A DNA stretch of 63,514 bases, the filler included, from Saprolegnia diclina VS20 (Eukaryota), in NCBI RefSeq assembly GCF_000281045.1. It is 5 parts of 2 records of this genome, joined end to end, with 100 filler letters (N's around TTAATTAATTAA, not from the genome) between each part and the next. Parts side by side here need not be neighbours in the genome. Positions count along the whole stretch, not along the records: positions 54,287 to 61,400 come from NW_008246082.1; positions 61,501 to 63,514 come from NW_008246082.1; 3 more parts are not named here. One strand, 5' to 3'. The notes under the pieces are model-generated. The model did no database searches. It saw only the letters and a program-made list of their open reading frames with translations, and had not been told where the DNA came from. Numbering within the stretch: position 1 is the stretch's first letter; the number at the start of each line of letters is the position of its first letter. The position numbers were made by a program, and so were the translations under genes. Shown here piece by piece: positions 57,401 through 63,514 of the stretch.

Positions 57401-59815
57401 CGCACAGTCATCGTGTTGGCTCGTCGGCGTGCGCCACCAGTGAACGAGGAGGCTGCCAACCGAAGTACACAGTACGAGTGCGAGAAGCGTCCCGACGCGC
57501 ATCAAGTTGCCGTTGGCAATGACGCCGCTGGTGCAGCGGACAGCATAGTTGATATCAGTTCCAACGCAGTGACGGTCAAGCGTCATCGAGACACCAACGG
57601 GACTGGCGACATCGAGCAGCAGAATCGCGAACCAAGTTATAAACGTAGCAATCGGACTGTAGCCTTTCGTGACATGAGGCGGCACGACGATCGAGAGCAA
57701 TTCATGAAGAACGTAGCTCAACCACGTGGCCTCGCCAGCGATGACGAGCGTCTGGACCAGCGGACGCGCCTTCGTCACCAACCGGGTGTAGCCATGGGCT
57801 TCCAGCAAGTCGACGCTCGCCGAGCTCAGTAGCAAGATGGCCGTGACGCCGCGCAAGAACAAGAGCGGGCGACCAACCCACACGGCGCCAACGATGCGGT
57901 TGAACGAAAAAAGGTGTCGGCCCTGAAAATGGAGCCGCCCGACGAGCACGTAGGCGATGGTAAGAAGCCCGATAGCACCGAGCCCGACCGACGTAGCTAC
58001 AACGAGGTAGAAGACGCCCTTGGTTGCGGTCTCGAGTGGCTGCGTTCCCGTCGGCATGGCTTGCGCGGTGCTAGCACTGGATACCAGGGTTAGGGTCCCC
58101 ACGTCGCCTTGAAAGGAGACGACTTCGCGGACACCCATAGCCCACTCGCTCAGGAGAAGCCACCCAAAGTAGGCAAACGATGGGTCATGTAGCGGCTGGG
58201 ACGCCAGCGTCCACGAGCCGTCCACGCGCGCAACATATTGCATCAGACTCACGTTAAGAGCTTGCGCCACTGCGTTCGCCTTGGCACGGAGATCGTCGGA
58301 AGACACCGAAAGCTCTTGAAGCAGGCTCAACGCGGCTTGCAGACGTGCGCTGCAGAGGCCGGAAGGCACTGCCGCAGCGCAGGCGCCCGCAATCGATGCG
58401 GGCGTCGCCATGGCAAGCGCAAAAAATGCGCCATCGGGTGACCACGACGCCGTCATCTCTATCGATGACGAGCAGTCGTCGACAAAATCAAAGGCTTCCT
58501 GCGGAAAGGACGTGCCCGCGTTGTTAAAGCACAAGGGACTCCCTCCATAGTACATGGAGGTGTTGGCAAACTGCGGCGGTCGAAGCCCCACAGAGGTCGT
58601 CTCGAGCGCCGTTGAGCGCGCCAAGGCGCCAGGTGTCGAGAGAAGCTGGCGGTACAGTGCCGATTGAAAAGCGTCGTAGGCATCTTGGAGAGCTCGTGGT
58701 ACTGGGACGTAGAAGCTGTCGACGCTCAGGAATGGTCCGATATGACTGCGAAAGAGCGCTGATTGGTTCTCGAAGTGACCACGACTGTCCCCGTAGCCAC
58801 TTACCACCTCGAGGTCAACCGCTGGCTGCGCAGAACTGAGCGAGGTGCCAAAGTACGTCGCTGTGCCCCGGACCATGCTCCGGTTTAAGCTCTGGCCCGT
58901 CCAGAGGTCGTTCAGTGGAAGCCAAAAGAGGCATGACGACGTCCACGGCCCCGTGGCCCGGGGTACATTCTTGATCGACACCACTTGTTGCATCTGAAGC
59001 GCGTTTGTCAAGACGACCGACTCGGCGACGCCGGGTTGACCGTGGTTTTGCCACTGCACCTGGAAGCGGTCGAGGCCAAATTGGCGCCAGTAGGCGATTT
59101 CATCGTCCACGCTCTTGCTCTCCCGGGCGACTTGGACGCTGTCAAGGAACGACCGGCCGCGCGCCGACTCTAACAGCGGCCGCTGGATCGCTAGCGTGAA
59201 CGGTCCGTTCTCGCCGCCCCAAACGCCGAGAAACTCGGTCCAACGAGTGTTGCGCAGGATCGACTCGAAGTAGACGCCTCCATCCGAACTAAAGTGCGTC
59301 GCACAGCGCTGCTGCCGCCTTGTCGTATGGGCAACTTGAAACTTTTGCTCAAAGTCGACCCAGCAGTGCTGCACCGCGATGCGCATGGACCAGCTCGCAC
59401 TCAGCTGCCGCAGCTGCGGCACAGCGTACTCGATCGACGTGAGCTCGTTCAGGAGCACGTGGCGGGCGTACGAGGGCCAGACGTCGGTCGACGCATCACC
59501 TGCATAAACCTTGTGTACCATGGCGCGCGGCGCTTGAAGATCCAACGCGCTGCTGCCATGCGTCGTTGCCAACAGCGTGTTGGCGACGTCAACGAGGTAC
59601 GCTTGGTGAACCGGAGCGTCAAAGGCCGCCCACCAAAGGTCGTTGGCAAAGTACGGCGCCAAGAGCACGAGGTACCACACGCCACACGCCAGCGACAGCA
59701 CGAGATACGAGAGCCCCGCCACAGCGTCGGCCCGTCCATAGTCATCGCTCCTGTCGCGAGCGACCGGTGCGTTGGCCGCCCGAACGACGTGTATGCCGGG
59801 GGCGACACGAGACAT
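54432..59815 (-). CDS. Large multi-pass membrane protein made of two homologous halves; one frameshift near 56575
   Basis: Both halves share NDL(W/F)WA.F, WQN, GPF.S.D..YVPVP, GGSPLC, W..G.R.VV.F.GDVG, WVGRPLL.LR, D.KLW. The frame switches at ARQARCS(TM)/DNGALFLETVLRN. Confidence 0.8.
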
Positions 59816-59957
59816 CTCTTTGCGGTTGCGCTGTCGGTTATTCGTTTCGTCGGCGCTGCCGATGACGTGGCACGCTCTCAGGCCAGAATCCGACTCGAAC
59901 CAGAACCACAAGTACACAAGCCGTAGACACACGCAATACATAGCATTCTCTTGTGGC

Positions 59958-61226
59958 TTACGCCGATTTTTTCTGGATGCAGTTGTACGCCTTGAGCCGC
60001 GTCGCGTTGATGCGGATGAAGCCCTGCGCGTCGCTCGGGTTGTACTCGATGTTGGCGCCACCGCCTTCCATGTCCATGCTGGCGAGGTCGGCCGAGTAGA
60101 GCGCGACGTCCGAGTAGCGGCCCGTGATGGTGACGTTGCCCTTGTAGAGCTCGACGTCGACGTGGCCCGCGACCGCCTTTTGCGAAAACGCGATCGCGTG
60201 GCGCACAAAGTCCATCTCGGGCGCAAACCAAAAGCCGTTGTAGCAAAACTCGGCAAACTTGACGCTGAGCGAGTCGCGGAGCTTCATGACCTCGCGGTCC
60301 ATGCAGAGCCCCTCGAGGTCCAAGTGCGCGTCGCGGAGGATGGTGCCGCCCGGCGTCTCGTACACGCCGCGGCTCTTGATGCCGACGAACCGGTTCTCGA
60401 CAATGTCGATGCGGCCGACGCCGTGCTTGCCGCCGAGACGGTTGAGCTCGAGGAAGAGCTCAAGCGGGTCCGTAAACACGGGCGACGACGGCGTCGTGAG
60501 GTTGGCCACCTTGACCGGCACGCCGTTCTCGAATGTGATGCGGATCTTCTCGGCCGCGTCCGGCGCCACCTTGGGGTCGACCGTCATCTTGAACATCTCG
60601 GGGAGCGGGCCCGTCATCGGGTCCTCGAGCATGCCCGACTCGTACGACGTGTGGTACAAGTTTTCGTCGACCGAGTACGGCGCCTTGGGCGTCGCGTCGA
60701 CGGGGATGTTTTGCGCCTTGGCGTACGCGAGAAGGTCCTGGCGGCCCTTGAAGGCCTCGATGAACTCGGGGTCGCGCCACGGCGCGATCGTCTTGAGGCT
60801 GGCGTTGAGCGCCTGCGCGCAGAGCTCAAAGCGCACTTGGTCGTTGCCCTTGCCCGTCGCGCCGTGGGCCACGTACTTGCAGCCTTCCTTCTCGGCGATC
60901 TCGACCATTCGCTTGGCAATGACCGGGCGCGCGAGCGACGTGCCGAGGAGGTAGCGCGACTCGTAGATGGCGTTGGCCTGGACCGCAGGCCAGAGGTAGT
61001 CGACGACAAACTCCTTGCGGAGGTCCTCGATGTAGACCTTGGCGGCGCCAAGCGCCATGGCCTTGGCCTGCACCTTTTCAAAGTTCTCGCCAAACTGGCC
61101 GACGTTGGCGCAGTAGCACACGACCTGGAAGCCCTTGTTGACGAGCCACTTGAGGATGATGGACGTGTCGAGGCCGCCGCTGTAGGCCAAGACGACCTTG
61201 TCGCCGGGGTTCGCCTTGACGCTCAT
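59958..61226 (-). CDS. ASS1: Argininosuccinate synthase
   Basis: [64 protein letters not shown]; intronless; probable ATG at 61226 ([10 protein letters not shown]). Confidence 0.98.
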   Translation of the reverse strand: MSVKANPGDKVVLAYSGGLDTSIILKWLVNKGFQVVCYCANVGQFGENFEKVQAKAMALGAAKVYIEDLRKEFVVDYLWPAVQANAIYESRYLLGTSLARPVIAKRMVEIAEKEGCKYVAHGATGKGNDQVRFELCAQALNASLKTIAPWRDPEFIEAFKGRQDLLAYAKAQNIPVDATPKAPYSVDENLYHTSYESGMLEDPMTGPLPEMFKMTVDPKVAPDAAEKIRITFENGVPVKVANLTTPSSPVFTDPLELFLELNRLGGKHGVGRIDIVENRFVGIKSRGVYETPGGTILRDAHLDLEGLCMDREVMKLRDSLSVKFAEFCYNGFWFAPEMDFVRHAIAFSQKAVAGHVDVELYKGNVTITGRYSDVALYSADLASMDMEGGGANIEYNPSDAQGFIRINATRLKAYNCIQKKSA

Positions 61227-61256
61227 GATGGTAGAAGAGGAGGAGTGCTGGAGGAA

Positions 61257-61275
61257 GAGCAAGTTGCGGAATGGA
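61257..61275 (-). promoter_or_regulatory. Inr+FPR-like core promoter of ASS1
   Basis: Minus strand TCCATTCCGCAACTTG about 35-50 nt upstream of the ATG. Confidence 0.5.
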
Positions 61276-61400
61276 CATCCCGATCCATGGACGGTCGCCA
61301 GTCGCGATCTTTTTTGGATTTTAATTGTTTTTATTTTATTTCGTAAATTCGACGTGGCAAGAATTTTCCCGCGGAGCCATCGTCAAGTGGGTCAGACGTG

Positions 61401-61500
61401 NNNNNNNNNNNNNNNNNNNNNNNNNNNNNNNNNNNNNNNNNNNNTTAATTAATTAANNNNNNNNNNNNNNNNNNNNNNNNNNNNNNNNNNNNNNNNNNNN
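61401..61500. other. Artificial assembly spacer
   Basis: 44N-TTAATTAATTAA-44N. Confidence 0.97.
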
Positions 61501-63392
61501 GGCATCAGCAACAACCACTGGTTCGGTTTGTAAGCTGCGCATAGTCTTAGTGTGTTTATGACAACAAACATTAAACCCTTGTCATAATTTATGCTGTGAT
61601 GTTGGAAAATTTGTCTTTGAAAATGTAGCTTCGAGGGACGTTTCAGATTGCTGTCGTTTGGAGCTTACGTGCGAGTGGCGCGCGTGGTGCAGGTTAAACC
61701 TACTCTGAAACTGCAAATGATCAGTGTATTTATGCACGAGCGATATAAACGTAGTCGAGAAGTAAGGACTACTGTCTGTAGTTGTCGTTGGAAACGAATG
61801 AAATAGTTAGCATTCTTGTCACTTGGAACGCGGTCGATTGTTTCCGAGTTGACTCTCCTCGCACAAAGACGATCGACACCGAACGAGGCACGTCATGAGC
61901 GCCAAAGGACAAAGCCAGACCACATTATGGGTGCACTTGCGCGAGTGGGTGGCGCGATATCGAGCCTCCTCGAGCGAACGAGCCCATCGAACGTAGGTAC
62001 CAACAGCACCTAGTGGGCGCGTGGCTTTGATGAGCGCGACATGGCGCTGCCTTGTCTACTGTATATACCACTAAACTTGAGCTCTTGAAGCTGCGCCCAA
62101 GAACGGCCCAATCGAGTGGCGCGAGAGCGTTTCACCAGCAAGTTGAAGTTGAATGTGACGTGGCAGCACCAGAAGGCTCTTGTCACACATCACATATTTG
62201 CATCGGCCGCAGTCGCTCAGCCAGCAATCGCTTGCCAATTTCGCTTGCCCATGCTTGTATTCAATAAGAATTGTTGCTTCACGGGTAGTGTTGTCCATTC
62301 AGAGCGTGACGACTTGGCCGCCGCTGGTTTTTAGTTAACAATAATGACGAAGCGGACCCCGCATTACATGTACCGGTACTAGGAGTGCAGGTGGAGTCCT
62401 TTGACGGAATCCCTTCGAGCCTCGTACTCCCTGGTCTCTTGGCAGTATGGCTATTCGCAGCCACCGTGAGTCTTTTGCCCACTGAATCGAATCCAAAAGA
62501 AGCGCTGCGATACGTGTCCGTCGGTTTCTCGGTGGTAAATGACCGTATACTCAAGGTCGGTCGATCGAAGGACGGCTCGCGGCGCCGGCGGCGCCTCACA
62601 TTGAAGCCCGGAACTTCAAGGACACGTAACAGCAATGAGAGTCTCGAGCGCGGGAGCCAAAGACAAATTGTGGCCAAAAACCCGCACCAACTTCAATCTC
62701 GACTTCAAACTTATCCACATTTTCACCTTCCGAACAAGCACGCTGCAGCGTCGAGCCAGGCATCGAATTTGCCACGTCATGGTGTGCGAGCCGAGGAGAC
62801 GCCACGTGCGCAATCGAAGAACGCTGCGCGATGTACTTCCGGTAGCCAGCTCCGGTAGCCTCATGCACAACGTCGTCGTAATTTTGTTGACGAACCTACT
62901 TTAACCCACATCGCTTGCTAACCTGGTCGCTATTACGTTATTTTGTCGAGCAATCCAAGTCTTTCACGCCGCATTCACTGGCTCCCAACGCCCGGCGCGC
63001 ATCGCCGCAAGACGGCTTCAACAAGGCAATATCAACTTGTAGAGGTTAAGTCCGCTGCCTGTAGCACCGCCTGCGAAAAGGACGACCCAGCTGGTTCGAC
63101 ACCAAGCCCCCTTTGCATACAAACCGCAAGTGATTCGAGGAAGCGGGGCGTGCACGCGACCTGCGAAACGCGCCGTGTACCACGAAGATCGGGTCGTTTG
63201 TATCGGCACCATCCATAGTACAGGACCATATAGTTTCCACCTTTTTCTATCTCATCAATCCAAGCTCGAGGCTTCTATGACGCTCGCCAAAAACCACTCG
63301 AAGCCAACCTCATCCCAAGCATACGGTGCCAACCCAGTTCGACCAAGCGATTCACCACAACTCGTTTTGCTCTCCAGCAACTACACCCGACC

Positions 63393-63514
63393 ATGGAGAC
63401 GACGTACCAAGAGTCGATTGACGTCAAGGAGAAGCACCTCCAGGACGAGGGCGAGAACGAGATCCCGCAGCACATCCTCGACCAGATCAAGGAGTACCGC
63501 AACGTCATCTACTG
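63393..63514 (+). CDS. 5' end of a gene running off the window (possibly the N-terminus of a transporter, e.g. POT family)
   Basis: ACCATGG context; strongly biased codons METTYQESIDVKEKHLQDEGENEIPQHILDQIKEYRNVIY. The family guess is weak. Confidence 0.55.
   Translation, partial: METTYQESIDVKEKHLQDEGENEIPQHILDQIKEYRNVIY

Noticed and set aside
59816..60256. N-terminal extension of the 1324-aa ORF overlapping ASS1
   Set aside because: Alternative frame of ASS1 plus its 3'UTR; the plausible start is MSRVAPG at 59815.
61501..63300. Short ORFs in the last contig
   Set aside because: Lower GC, no codon bias or motifs; probably upstream intergenic DNA of the gene at 63393.
1..63514. tRNA, rRNA or RNA-guided nuclease (Fanzor/TnpB) loci
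   Set aside because: No cloverleaf, rRNA signature or RuvC motifs recognised by eye; tRNAscan-SE, Infernal and HMM searches are needed to exclude them formally.

Overview
Eukaryotic, GC-rich (~60%), gene-dense genomic DNA with many short (~40-80 nt) GT-AG introns. Gene content (PAN/Apple-repeat secreted proteins, expanded ankyrin family, C-x4-C...HGGG zinc repeats, WIDD-type Gypsy RT, Inr/FPR core promoters, meckelin) points to an oomycete, most likely Saprolegniales; this taxon call is inference. Four identical 100-bp artificial spacers (44N-TTAATTAATTAA-44N) split the window into five contigs, so adjacency across them is unproven. Recognisable genes: PX-domain protein, 4xPAN-CAP protein, meckelin/TMEM67, a signal-peptide cereblon(CULT)-like protein with an inserted OS-9-type MRH lectin domain, two GH17 glucanases, two PAN-TOS1-like putative glucanases, SERCA, JTB-like protein, CBM20-TPS/TPP fusion with degenerate catalytic motifs, tripeptidyl-peptidase II, ASCC2, a zinc-repeat factor, a large two-module membrane protein and argininosuccinate synthase. 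Mobile DNA: a PIF/Harbinger-type MITE (TTA TSD), a solo LTR (GTGAC TSD), a decayed Ty3/Gypsy element and an antisense gene fragment inserted in an ankyrin gene. All family calls are by motif recognition only; no database search was run, and multi-exon gene boundaries are approximate.
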